Part shown: positions 1 through 9,061 of the stretch, in pieces
Layout: each line of letters begins with the position of its first letter
Numbering within the stretch: position 1 is the stretch's first letter
Origin: Candidatus Cloacimonadales bacterium
GTDB lineage: Bacteria; Cloacimonadota; Cloacimonadia; Cloacimonadales; JAFGVF01
Length of the DNA: 64,000 bases
Assembly (NCBI GenBank): GCA_963662585.1
Contig: OY759729.1
Span: 1,784,234-1,848,233, forward strand
Reading direction: 5' to 3'
Position numbers and translations under genes: made by a program
The notes under the pieces: generated by a model
Seen by the model: the letters and a program-made list of their open reading frames with translations, nothing else
The model's database searches: none
What the model was told of the DNA's origin: nothing

Positions 1-72
1 GAAGCAATCCATAAACTGCTTAAATCAGGGGTATTGATAGATCCGTGGGGTAAGAAATACCAGAATATCTAA
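1..72 (+). CDS. 3' end of an upstream CDS (…LIDPWGKKYQNI*), possibly a GspG/pseudopilin-like protein
   Basis: Open frame running off the left edge, stop TAA 70-72. The DPWG..Y motif resembles type II secretion pseudopilin C-termini. Only 23 codons are visible. Confidence 0.25.
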   Translation, partial: EAIHKLLKSGVLIDPWGKKYQNI

Positions 73-82
73 ATCCTGATAG

Positions 83-632
83 GATTGTTTAACTGTTGAT
101 TTGTTTAATTGTTTAATTGAAAAAGAAGGATACAATATGGGCTATATGTTTTCTTTTGAAAGATTGGAAACATGGCAACTATCTAAAAGATTTGTTATAC
201 AAATATATAAAATTACAGACCAGTTTCCAAATAATGAGAAATTTGGATTAGTATCACAGATAAACAGAGCAGCAGTTTCTGTTCCTTCAAATTTAGCAGA
301 AGGAACTTCTAGAACTTCTTCAAAAGATCAAGCACACTTATCGCAGTTAGCTTTTAGTTCTTTAATGGAAGTTATTTGTCAGCTCAGTATTGCTCATGAG
401 TTAAAGTTTATTAAGCAAGAAGATTATTATAACCTTAGAAAACTAGCTGAAGAAATCTCAAACAAGATTAACTCTTTACGAAACTATCAATTAAACAGTT
501 AGAAACATCAACAGTTCAACATTAAATTAGACAATATGCAGGCAAAGCCAACTAAACTCTAAACAGTTTAACAAAGTGGCTGATTAATAAGCTATCAATT
601 AAACAACTAAACAAATCAACGATTAAACAAGG
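83..632. repeat. Inverted-repeat-bounded cassette 1 (IVS-like) carrying the four-helix-bundle gene
   Basis: Left arm 83-119 (GATTGTTTAACTGTTGATTTGTTTAATTGTTTAATTG). Its reverse complement matches right arm 596-632 at 32/37 positions. The element fills the gap between the upstream stop (72) and the aminotransferase ATG (640). Confidence 0.7.
137..502 (+). CDS. Four-helix-bundle protein (23S rRNA intervening-sequence / S23p family, Avd-like)
   Basis: ORF 101-502. It has FSFERLETWQ and VPSNLAEG motifs typical of this family. The track start at 101 lies inside the left repeat arm; the first ATG outside the arm is 137. Confidence 0.8.
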   Translation: MGYMFSFERLETWQLSKRFVIQIYKITDQFPNNEKFGLVSQINRAAVSVPSNLAEGTSRTSSKDQAHLSQLAFSSLMEVICQLSIAHELKFIKQEDYYNLRKLAEEISNKINSLRNYQLNS

Positions 633-639
633 TCATTAT

Positions 640-1815
640 ATGTTAAAGTATCAAGAAGTTATAAATTTTATCCGTGATATCTATGGAACAAACGATTTCA
701 TCCCTCTTCATGAGCCTCGTTTTTGGGGTAATGAAAAGAAATACTTGGAAGAGTGTATTGATTCTACCTTTGTCTCCTCTGTGGGGAAATTTGTAGATCA
801 AATAGAATCAGAGATTGCTAAATATACTGGAGCTAAGAAGGCTATCGCTGTGGTGAATGGAACTGCGGCTTTACACATAGCTCTAAAATTAGTAGGAGTA
901 GAGCCTGATACTGAGGTGATTACTCAACCACTTACTTTTATTGCTACTGCTAATGCTATTTCATATTGTGGAGCAAAGCCTATTTTCTTAGATGTTGATA
1001 GAGATACTATGGGATTATCTCCATTAGCGTTAAAGAAATTTTTCGAAAACGAAACAGAAATTAACAAATCAACAAATAAACGAATCAACAAATCAACAAA
1101 AAAAGAAATTACTGCTTGTGTTCCAATGCATACCTTTGGTCATGCTTGTAGAATAGACGAAATAGTTGCTATCTGTGATGAGTATAATATTCCTGTTGTG
1201 GAAGATTCTGCTGAATCAATAGGAAGTCATTATAAGGGAAAACATACAGGTACTTTTGGGAAGATAGGTGTCTTAAGCTTTAATGGTAATAAGACTATCA
1301 CTTCTGGTGGTGGTGGGATGATTATAACTGATGATGAAGATTTGGCTAAACTCGCAAAGCATCTAACAACTACTGCAAAGATCCCTCATAAATGGGAATA
1401 CAGGCATGATTATGTTGGTTACAACTACCGTATGCCTAATATTAATGCTGCACTTGCTTGTGCTCAATTAGAGCAATTAGATGGCTTTATTGAGAAGAAA
1501 AGAGATTTAGCAAAGAGATACTCTGAATTTTTTTTAGATCAACAAATCAACAAATCAACAAATCAACCGCAGTTTTTTTTTGAACCCAAAAACAGCCTAT
1601 CAAATTATTGGCTCAATGTTGTAATTTTAGAAAATAGGGAAGAGAGAGATTTATTTTTGAAAGAAACTAATGAAAATGGTGTAATGACAAGACCTATTTG
1701 GACATTAATGAATAAATTAGAGATGTTTAGAGATTGCTACACTGATGGATTAGAAAACGCTGAGTGGTTGGAAGATAGAGTCGTTAATATATTAAGTTCA
1801 GTAATTCATGGATAG
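640..1815 (+). CDS. DegT/DnrJ/EryC1/StrS-family PLP-dependent sugar aminotransferase
   Basis: 391 aa with AVVNGTAALH, the PLP-lysine context SFNGNKTITSGGGGMI and YNYRMPNINAAL. It is the first gene of the glycan locus. Confidence 0.85.
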   Translation: MLKYQEVINFIRDIYGTNDFIPLHEPRFWGNEKKYLEECIDSTFVSSVGKFVDQIESEIAKYTGAKKAIAVVNGTAALHIALKLVGVEPDTEVITQPLTFIATANAISYCGAKPIFLDVDRDTMGLSPLALKKFFENETEINKSTNKRINKSTKKEITACVPMHTFGHACRIDEIVAICDEYNIPVVEDSAESIGSHYKGKHTGTFGKIGVLSFNGNKTITSGGGGMIITDDEDLAKLAKHLTTTAKIPHKWEYRHDYVGYNYRMPNINAALACAQLEQLDGFIEKKRDLAKRYSEFFLDQQINKSTNQPQFFFEPKNSLSNYWLNVVILENREERDLFLKETNENGVMTRPIWTLMNKLEMFRDCYTDGLENAEWLEDRVVNILSSVIHG

Positions 1816-1820
1816 ATAAA

Positions 1821-2345
1821 ATGAAGAACAAATTTACTATGTGTGATATAAAATTTAGATGTTTGGAACTTGAAGATGCTGAAAGATTATACTCTATTCA
1901 TAATAATAAGTTGATAAAGGATTGTTATTCTGGTCATCCATTTCCTGTTAGTTTAGAAAGTACTCAAAAATGGATAAGAAGTGTTTCTGAACCAAACAAT
2001 AAACTATCCCTCTTTGGAATAGAGGTAGAAGAGAAATTTGTTGGAATATGTGGTTTAAAAGGGATTAATCATATAAATAGCAATGCTGAATTATTTATCT
2101 TTTTAGATCCTAACCAACAAGGTAAGGGGTTTGCAAGTTTAAGTGTCGCGAAATTACTTGATTTTGGTTTTAGTTCGTTGAACCTGAACAGAATATTTTT
2201 GCAGGTTCAAGCTGATAACACAAAAGCAATTAATTTATATACAAAAAATAAGTTTGTTGTTGAAGGCGAGTTACGTAAAGCAGTTTTTAAGAATAATAAA
2301 TATATTAATGTTATTGTTATGGCTATCCTAAAAGAGGATTTTTAA
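1821..2345 (+). CDS. GNAT-family N-acetyltransferase (RimJ/RimL-like)
   Basis: 174 aa with the acetyl-CoA binding motif QQGKGFAS. Adjacent to the sugar aminotransferase. Confidence 0.7.
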   Translation: MKNKFTMCDIKFRCLELEDAERLYSIHNNKLIKDCYSGHPFPVSLESTQKWIRSVSEPNNKLSLFGIEVEEKFVGICGLKGINHINSNAELFIFLDPNQQGKGFASLSVAKLLDFGFSSLNLNRIFLQVQADNTKAINLYTKNKFVVEGELRKAVFKNNKYINVIVMAILKEDF

Positions 2346-3413
2346 ATGAATTATAGAATTTTATCATCGAAAGATAAACAAGAATGGAATAAATACTTTG
2401 AATTATTACCAATTGAGCAACAAGATGTTTATTATACGCCAGAGTATCATCAATTATATGAAGAGAATGGAGATGGCAAGGCTCAGTGTTTTTTATTTGA
2501 AGAAGATGGAAAGGTTGCTTTATATCCATACTTAATCAACTCGGTTAATGAACTTGGTTACCAATTCAATGAAGAGTATTTTGATATACAAGGGGCGTAC
2601 GGATATAATGGAGTTGTTGCAAATTGCTATGATAGCGACTTTATAGATCGTTTCTTTAAAATATTTGATGCATATTGTTTAAAAGAAAATATTATCGCTG
2701 AATTTACGCGATATAATCCAATACTTGAAAATCATGAATTTGAATCTAGGTTTGAACCGATATACGCATTAGATAATGTTCTTATAGATATTTCTACTGA
2801 TATTGATACCATCTGGAGAGAATCATTTGATAATGGGGTTCGTAAGGCTGTAAAAAAAGGAATCAGAAATGAGCTGGAATATATAAGTTTTCGCGGTGAT
2901 GAAATTACTGATGATTTATTAAAAGCATTTTTAGATATTTATTATTCAACTATGGATAGAAATAACGCTAGTAATTTCTATTATTTTTCAGAAGATTATT
3001 TTTATCAAATGAAAAATTTAATTCCTGAAAGGATATTATTTAGTTTTGTGTTAAAAGATAAAAAAATCATTTCAGTTGAGTTGAATTTACTAAATACTGC
3101 TAATTCTTATGGCTTTTTAGGTGGGACTCTTGCTGATTATTTTCAAATCTCTCCTAATAGCTTTTTAAGGTTTGAACTTATAAAAGATCTTAAAAAGAGA
3201 GGTATTCTGAATTATTCAATAGGGGGTGGCATCACTAAGAATGATTCTAAATATAAATATAAAAAAAGTTTTTCAAAGAATATTGAAAGCAAGTTTTTTA
3301 TTGGAAAAAAAATTCATAATGAAAAGATATATAAACATGTGATAAATCAGTGGAAAAGTATTTATAGCAAAGAAGATAATAATAAATTATTAAGATATAG
3401 GGATGTTAAATGA
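2346..3413 (+). CDS. FemAB/BioF2-like GNAT-fold acyltransferase (tentative)
   Basis: 355 aa. The start abuts the upstream stop. General resemblance to FemAB-type proteins found in glycan loci, but no diagnostic motif could be pinned down by eye. Confidence 0.35.
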   Translation: MNYRILSSKDKQEWNKYFELLPIEQQDVYYTPEYHQLYEENGDGKAQCFLFEEDGKVALYPYLINSVNELGYQFNEEYFDIQGAYGYNGVVANCYDSDFIDRFFKIFDAYCLKENIIAEFTRYNPILENHEFESRFEPIYALDNVLIDISTDIDTIWRESFDNGVRKAVKKGIRNELEYISFRGDEITDDLLKAFLDIYYSTMDRNNASNFYYFSEDYFYQMKNLIPERILFSFVLKDKKIISVELNLLNTANSYGFLGGTLADYFQISPNSFLRFELIKDLKKRGILNYSIGGGITKNDSKYKYKKSFSKNIESKFFIGKKIHNEKIYKHVINQWKSIYSKEDNNKLLRYRDVK

Positions 3414-4621
3414 GGATCGCACTGATATGCCATTTTTCCAATAAGGAAGTTCAAAATATAATCAAACCTTGGAAAAAAATAAATGAATTCGCTCCCTGGA
3501 TTTCCTATTATATAGATGAATTTTGGAAACATCCTGAACATCATTTTTACATTATTTCCCCTCATCAGTGGTTAAAAAAAGACAAAATATATACTGAGGG
3601 GAATATAACGTTTTATTTGTTTAAATATGGGGTTCCATTAATAGGTAGAAGATGGCCTTTTACATTTGATTTAGATTATTATACTGGGTATAAAAAGAAC
3701 ATTAAAAAGGTAAAAAATTACATAGATGCTATAAACCCTGATGTCATTAATTTAATTGGCGCTGAGAATCCATATTACTCTTCATCTATTATGCAATTTA
3801 AAGATAAGTATCCAGTTTTACTCACAATTCAGGGGTTTGTAGGTAGAGCAAGATTAGATTTTAAACTGACCAAGTATTGGAAGTATAGATTAGATTTAGA
3901 AAATTCGATAATATCTACATTTAATCATTTTTGTATCAGAACTGAGGAAATGTTTAATTACATAAAAACTATTAACCCACAGGCAATAGCTTACAGGTTC
4001 AATTTTCCCACACCTTACGGTAAAATTCAGATAACAGAAAAAAAGAAAGAATATGATTTTGTGTTTTTTGCAAGAATTTCTAAAGAGAAGGGAATTTATG
4101 ATTATCTTAATGCTATAAAAAATATTAAAAATAAGTTGCCGACAATAAAAGCGATTATAGTTGGCCCTTGCAGTATTAAAATGAAAAATAAAGTATTAGA
4201 TTATATAAAAGCTAATAATATTCAAAATAATATTGAATTTATAGGATTTTTACCAAACCAACACGAGTTATTTGTGAAAATTAAAAGCGCTAAGATATCT
4301 GTTCTTCCAACATATAATGACTTGATTTCGGGAACTATTATTGAAAGTATGTTTCTCAGCTTACCAGTTGTTACATATAGAACAGGTAGCATTCCTGAGG
4401 TTAATAAGGATAGGGAAAATATTTTGATTTGTGAACAAGGTAATCAGCAAGCATTAGCTCAAGAAATGTATAGGCTGTTAATGGATACTACACTGCAAGA
4501 AGAATTATCTTTATATGGTAAGGAGTGGGTTAGTGAAAGATATAATAATGAAAAAGCAATGTCAGGTTATTTCAAAGCATTAAAGCAGATAATCAAAGAA
4601 TTTAAAAATAAAAGGAACTAA
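3410..4621 (+). CDS. Glycosyltransferase family 4 (GT-B)
   Basis: 403 aa. C-terminal donor-binding region FFARISKEKG…SGTIIESMFLSLPVVTYRTGSIPE. ATGA overlap with the upstream gene. Confidence 0.7.
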   Translation: MRIALICHFSNKEVQNIIKPWKKINEFAPWISYYIDEFWKHPEHHFYIISPHQWLKKDKIYTEGNITFYLFKYGVPLIGRRWPFTFDLDYYTGYKKNIKKVKNYIDAINPDVINLIGAENPYYSSSIMQFKDKYPVLLTIQGFVGRARLDFKLTKYWKYRLDLENSIISTFNHFCIRTEEMFNYIKTINPQAIAYRFNFPTPYGKIQITEKKKEYDFVFFARISKEKGIYDYLNAIKNIKNKLPTIKAIIVGPCSIKMKNKVLDYIKANNIQNNIEFIGFLPNQHELFVKIKSAKISVLPTYNDLISGTIIESMFLSLPVVTYRTGSIPEVNKDRENILICEQGNQQALAQEMYRLLMDTTLQEELSLYGKEWVSERYNNEKAMSGYFKALKQIIKEFKNKRN

Positions 4622-4714
4622 ATGTGATACAAGAAACTCCAGTTTTACAAATTACTTTTAAGAGAAACATTATTATTGATAAAATACATAAACAATATAT
4701 GAAGTTATATACTA

Positions 4715-6016
4715 ATGTTACAAAAAGATAAGTTTAAACTAGTAGATGCTATTGTTTTAATGGGAATGTTATCAACACTACTAAGTGTTTTAAGTAATAG
4801 ACTGCCTGTAGGCTTAGGCAGTTTTAGGTTTTTCTGGGGTCCGGCGATTATAATTGTAATACTGATAACTAAACCTCAATTGCTAATTAAAAGTCCAATA
4901 AAACAAGTAGCTCTATATGGATTTTTTGTAATTTTATTGCTCCAATATACTTTATGGAGACATCTGTCTGAACAGAATCATAGTAATATTGTGGAAGAAT
5001 TTCGTAATATAATAAATTTTTCTATAATATGGGCATATTATTATTATTCCAAGAGAATGAGCATGTTTTCAAAGATATCTCGATTTAGTTTTGTATTTAT
5101 TCTAATTACAATTATAACCACAAACATTGCATTAACAATTAATCCTCTTATAATTAGAGATTCAGCAAACAGTTTTTTTGCTGATGTTTCTCAAAGAAGG
5201 CTTTTTAGAATACTTGGTTCTGCCGGTTATGGTTATGCACAAGCTTTTGTAATGTTAATTCCAATATTAATTTATCATATAAAGAAAAACACAAAACTAG
5301 TATTAACGAAAAGATGGCTTTGGCTCGTGTTGTTTGCAATAATTGTTACTACTTTGAGATCTCAAGTTTTTGCTAATATGCTAGTTATGATAGCGACCTC
5401 ATTATTATCATTTGCAGGGTCTAAAAGAAGGAAAGCCATGTATCGTTATGTTTTTATATTTTTTCTCCTTTTTATAATAATACCCAATAGTACATACATT
5501 AATTTATTAAATTCGGTAAGCGAATACTTTCCTGAAGAATCTAATACATATTCAAAGATTAAAGATTTAGCTATGTTTATTGAAAATCCGGAATTAGAAA
5601 TGACAACAGGTACTGGAAGTAGAGCTGCGCGATACCCTCTTCTTTTCGAAGCATTGTTAAGAAAACCTATATTTGGAGATGCTTCTTACGAAAGTAAAAT
5701 GTCAATAGGTGCAGGTGGACATCTCTACCTGATGAATAAGTTGGCTCTTTTTGGTATTTTTGGTTTTTCTCTTTTTATTTACATGTTATATAAAATATAT
5801 AAATCTATAAGTCGTTTAATTTATGATAATGAAATGGCGTTTTATTATTTTTTATCAGTATTAGCATTTATAATGTTCGGATTAATCAAAACTGTTGGAG
5901 GAAGAGAAGTGTGGGTATTTTTAATAATAGTGATACCCGGACTATTTCTAGGTACTTTAGAAGATATGGAACAAGAAAGATTATGTTCAGAGGAAAACAA
6001 TGATGTTCAAAAATAA
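4715..6016 (+). CDS. Wzy-like O-antigen/capsule polymerase or ligase-family membrane protein
   Basis: 433 aa, about 10 or more hydrophobic helices, no soluble domain. Position inside the glycan locus. Confidence 0.5.
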   Translation: MLQKDKFKLVDAIVLMGMLSTLLSVLSNRLPVGLGSFRFFWGPAIIIVILITKPQLLIKSPIKQVALYGFFVILLLQYTLWRHLSEQNHSNIVEEFRNIINFSIIWAYYYYSKRMSMFSKISRFSFVFILITIITTNIALTINPLIIRDSANSFFADVSQRRLFRILGSAGYGYAQAFVMLIPILIYHIKKNTKLVLTKRWLWLVLFAIIVTTLRSQVFANMLVMIATSLLSFAGSKRRKAMYRYVFIFFLLFIIIPNSTYINLLNSVSEYFPEESNTYSKIKDLAMFIENPELEMTTGTGSRAARYPLLFEALLRKPIFGDASYESKMSIGAGGHLYLMNKLALFGIFGFSLFIYMLYKIYKSISRLIYDNEMAFYYFLSVLAFIMFGLIKTVGGREVWVFLIIVIPGLFLGTLEDMEQERLCSEENNDVQK

Positions 6017-7010
6017 AATTTTATTAATTACAGGTGGTACAGGTTCATTTGGAAATGCTGTACTTAGAAGGTTTGTAAATTCTGATTTGAAAGAAATTAG
6101 AATATTTAGTCGAGATGAGAAGAAACAGGATGATCTAAGAAAAAAAGTTAATAATCCTAAGGTCAAATTCTATATAGGGGATGTTAGAGATATTGAATCT
6201 GTAAACACAGTAATGAAAGGTGTGGATTATGTCTTTCATGCTGCTGCTCTTAAGCAAGTCCCATCTTGTGAGTTTTTCCCAATTGAAGCAGTGAAAACTA
6301 ATATTTTAGGTTCTAATAATGTTATGCAGTCAGCTATGCTTAATGGAGTAAAGAAGCTAATTGTTCTAAGTACAGATAAAGCTGTATATCCTATCAACGC
6401 AATGGGTATTTCTAAAGCTATGATGGAATTGGTTATGGTTGCTAACTCCCGTAATGGAGGGGAAGAGACAACTTTCTGTGGAACCCGTTATGGTAATGTA
6501 ATGGCTTCTCGTGGTTCGGTTATTCCTCTTTTTGTTGAGCAAATCAAAGCTGGTAAGCCACTTACTATTACAGATCCTAATATGACACGCTTTATGATGA
6601 CCTTGGACGATGCTGTCGATTTGGTTATGTTTGCTTTTGAACATGGAAATCAAGGGGACAGATTTGTTCAAAAAGCTCCAGCTTGCACAATTGAAGTATT
6701 AGCTAAAGCACTAAAAGAATTATATAAATCAGATAGTGAAATTAAACTTATTGGTACCAGACATGGAGAAAAATTATTTGAATCTTTAGTAAATCGTGAA
6801 GAGATGCTTAAAGCAGAAGACCTCGGAAGGTACTATCGCATCCCGGCTGATACAAGAGATTTAAACTATAATCGCTATTTCTCAGAAGGGGATAATAAGA
6901 TAGAAGAGATAGTAGAATATACTTCGCATAATACGCATCGGATGGATGTGGAAGAGACTAAGGAGCTCTTGCTGAAATTAGATTTTATCCGAGAGGATCT
7001 CGGGATTTAA
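6000..7010 (+). CDS. fnlA: UDP-N-acetylglucosamine 4,6-dehydratase/5-epimerase (FnlA/CapE/WbjB)
   Basis: 336 aa. ILLITGGTGSFGNAVLRRF, FSRDEKKQ, AAALKQVPSCEFFP and STDKAVYPINAMGISKAMME are near-canonical FnlA sequence. Followed by fnlB and fnlC. Confidence 0.85.
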   Translation: MMFKNKILLITGGTGSFGNAVLRRFVNSDLKEIRIFSRDEKKQDDLRKKVNNPKVKFYIGDVRDIESVNTVMKGVDYVFHAAALKQVPSCEFFPIEAVKTNILGSNNVMQSAMLNGVKKLIVLSTDKAVYPINAMGISKAMMELVMVANSRNGGEETTFCGTRYGNVMASRGSVIPLFVEQIKAGKPLTITDPNMTRFMMTLDDAVDLVMFAFEHGNQGDRFVQKAPACTIEVLAKALKELYKSDSEIKLIGTRHGEKLFESLVNREEMLKAEDLGRYYRIPADTRDLNYNRYFSEGDNKIEEIVEYTSHNTHRMDVEETKELLLKLDFIREDLGI

Positions 7011-7014
7011 GATT

Positions 7015-7245
7015 TTTAGCCACAAATAACACGAATAAACACAAATATGAAAGAAGATTTTTAGCCACGGATATCACAGATAAACACAAATAAGAAATAA
7101 AACAAAAAAATAGTAAAATTTTGTTACTTACAATAAAATTTAGGAAAAAATGTAGAAAAGATAGCAACATAGATAATTAATTTAATTAATACTCTATAAT
7201 ATTATTGCATTTTATTTGTGTAGATTTGTGTTATTTGTGGCCAAA
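7015..7245. repeat. Empty inverted-repeat cassette 2 between fnlA and fnlB
   Basis: Left arm 7015-7047 (TTTAGCCACAAATAACACGAATAAACACAAATA). Its reverse complement matches right arm 7213-7245 at 29/33. A second left-type arm starts near 7060. There is no credible ORF inside. Confidence 0.7.
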
Positions 7246-7265
7246 CAAAAAGAAAAGGTTTTAAG

Positions 7266-8372
7266 ATGAAGATAGGTATTACAGGCCAGACTGGATTTAT
7301 AGGCACTCACCTCTACAACAACTTGGGGTTAGATGATTCTTTTGAAAGGATACCCTTTGCTGATGAGTTTTTTCAAAGTGAAGAGGATTTAGATAAATTT
7401 GTAGCTCAATGTGATGTGATAGTGCATTTGGCTGCGATGAACAGACACAATGATCCTCAAGTATTATATAAAGCAAATATTGAATTAGTAGAAAAGCTGA
7501 TTAATAGTGTGAAAAGATGTGGTACAAAGCCTCATATAATTATGTCTTCCTCAACTCAAGAAGAAAGAGATAATCTTTATGGTAAATCTAAAAGAGAAGG
7601 ACGCGAGAAATTTGTTGAATTTGCTAAAGTAGGTGGATGTTTCTTCACAGGATTAGTAATTCCAAATGTCTATGGTCCTTTTGGAAATCCTTTCTATAAC
7701 TCTGTTACTTCAACTTTTTCTCATCTAATTGCGAATGGGAAAGATGTAAATATTGAGATTGATGCTGAATTAGAGATGATTTATGTGCAAGACCTTAGCC
7801 AAGAGATTATTAAAGCAATTAATGAAAAGAAATATTCTGATGAATTAAGATTAGGATATACTGGTAAGTGTAAGGTGTCTGAATTAAGAGATAAAATTCA
7901 AGAATTTCATAATTTATACTCCCAAGGTGTAATCCCTAAGTTTAGCAATAGATTTGAATTAACTTTATTCAATACCTATCGATGCTACCTTCCTAAAGAA
8001 CATTTTCCTGTTTTATACACGAAACATAGTGATAATCGAGGATCTTTTGTAGAAATTATCAAAAGTAATGGAGAGGGGCAGTTCTCTTTCTCAACTACGA
8101 AACCTGGAATTACTAGAGGGAATCATTTCCATACTAGAAAAATAGAAAGATTCGCTGTGATATCAGGAAAGGCTTCTATTAAGCTTAGAAAAATCGGAAC
8201 TAATGAGGTAATTGAATATATTGTGGATGGTTCAGAACCAGGATTTGTGGATATGCCTATCTGGTTTACTCATAATATAACTAATATTGGGGATGATGAA
8301 CTTATTACGCTCTTTTGGATTAATGAATTTTATGACCAGGAAGATCCCGATACCTTCTATGAAGAAGTCTGA
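7266..8372 (+). CDS. fnlB: FnlB/CapF/WbjC-type reductase-epimerase (Rossmann + cupin)
   Basis: 368 aa. N-terminal ITGQTGFIG, C-terminal cupin (GITRGNHFH…FWINE). Located between fnlA and fnlC. Confidence 0.85.
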   Translation: MKIGITGQTGFIGTHLYNNLGLDDSFERIPFADEFFQSEEDLDKFVAQCDVIVHLAAMNRHNDPQVLYKANIELVEKLINSVKRCGTKPHIIMSSSTQEERDNLYGKSKREGREKFVEFAKVGGCFFTGLVIPNVYGPFGNPFYNSVTSTFSHLIANGKDVNIEIDAELEMIYVQDLSQEIIKAINEKKYSDELRLGYTGKCKVSELRDKIQEFHNLYSQGVIPKFSNRFELTLFNTYRCYLPKEHFPVLYTKHSDNRGSFVEIIKSNGEGQFSFSTTKPGITRGNHFHTRKIERFAVISGKASIKLRKIGTNEVIEYIVDGSEPGFVDMPIWFTHNITNIGDDELITLFWINEFYDQEDPDTFYEEV

Positions 8373-8377
8373 GATTT

Positions 8378-9047
8378 TTTAGCCACGGATAACACAGAAA
8401 AACACTGATAAGAGAAGAAAAAAAATTATAAAAGTAAGATAATAGTTATTAAAAACATATTGTACTCGCTATTAACTTTAAAAATAATAATGAAATTACA
8501 AGATGTTTATTCTATTGATATTGTTGTATTAATCCGTGTTATTCGTGGCTAAGAAAAAGAGGAAGTTATGTTATTTGAACAGGAGTTATCAGACAAGGTT
8601 TTGGGGTGTGCATTTGAAGTATATAATACTTTAGGTAATGGTTTTTTAGAAAAGATTTATGAAAAAGCTTTACTAATAGAATTAGAAAGTAAAAATATTA
8701 AAGCTGAATCACAAAAAGAGATAAAAGTATATTATAAAAATAATTTAGTAGGTGAATATTTAGCAGATATTATAGTTGAAGGTAAAATAATACTTGAGTA
8801 AAATCTTGTTCAACTATCAACGATGCACATTTAGCTCAACTAATTAATTATCTTACCGCAACAGGAATTAAAATAGGTTACATACTAAATTTTGGTAAGT
8901 TTGGATCACTGCAATTTAAGCGGGTAGTAAAATAAAACAAGAAAAGTTAAAAGCACACTGCGCATAACAGAAAAGCGGATTTTAGTATTTGACTAACAAC
9001 AAAGCAATATTTCTTATCCGTGTTCATCAGTGTTATCCGTGGCTAAA
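8378..9047. repeat. Inverted-repeat cassette 3 between fnlB and fnlC, carrying a decayed GxxExxY gene
   Basis: Left arm 8378-8412 (TTTAGCCACGGATAACACAGAAAAACACTGATAAG). The reverse complement of 9013-9047 matches it at 31/35. An extra short right-type arm lies at 8531-8553. Confidence 0.65.
8568..8935 (+). pseudogene. GxxExxY-family (PD-(D/E)XK-like) gene with a 1-nt frameshift
   Basis: ORF 8568-8801 encodes the N-terminal 77 aa (LGNGFLEKIYEKAL). The C-terminal part (KSCSTINDAHLAQLINYLTATGIKIGYILNFG…KRVVK*) continues in the +1 frame to 8935. This is consistent with loss of one T in CTTGAG(T)TAAAATCT near 8799. Confidence 0.7.
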
Positions 9048-9061
9048 AGAAAGGACAAAAC

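Noticed and set aside
6985-7170. 61-aa minus-strand ORF inside the empty cassette between fnlA and fnlB
   Set aside because: It is a low-complexity translation of the repeat arms (FVAKNL… twice) and overlaps the fnlA 3' end.
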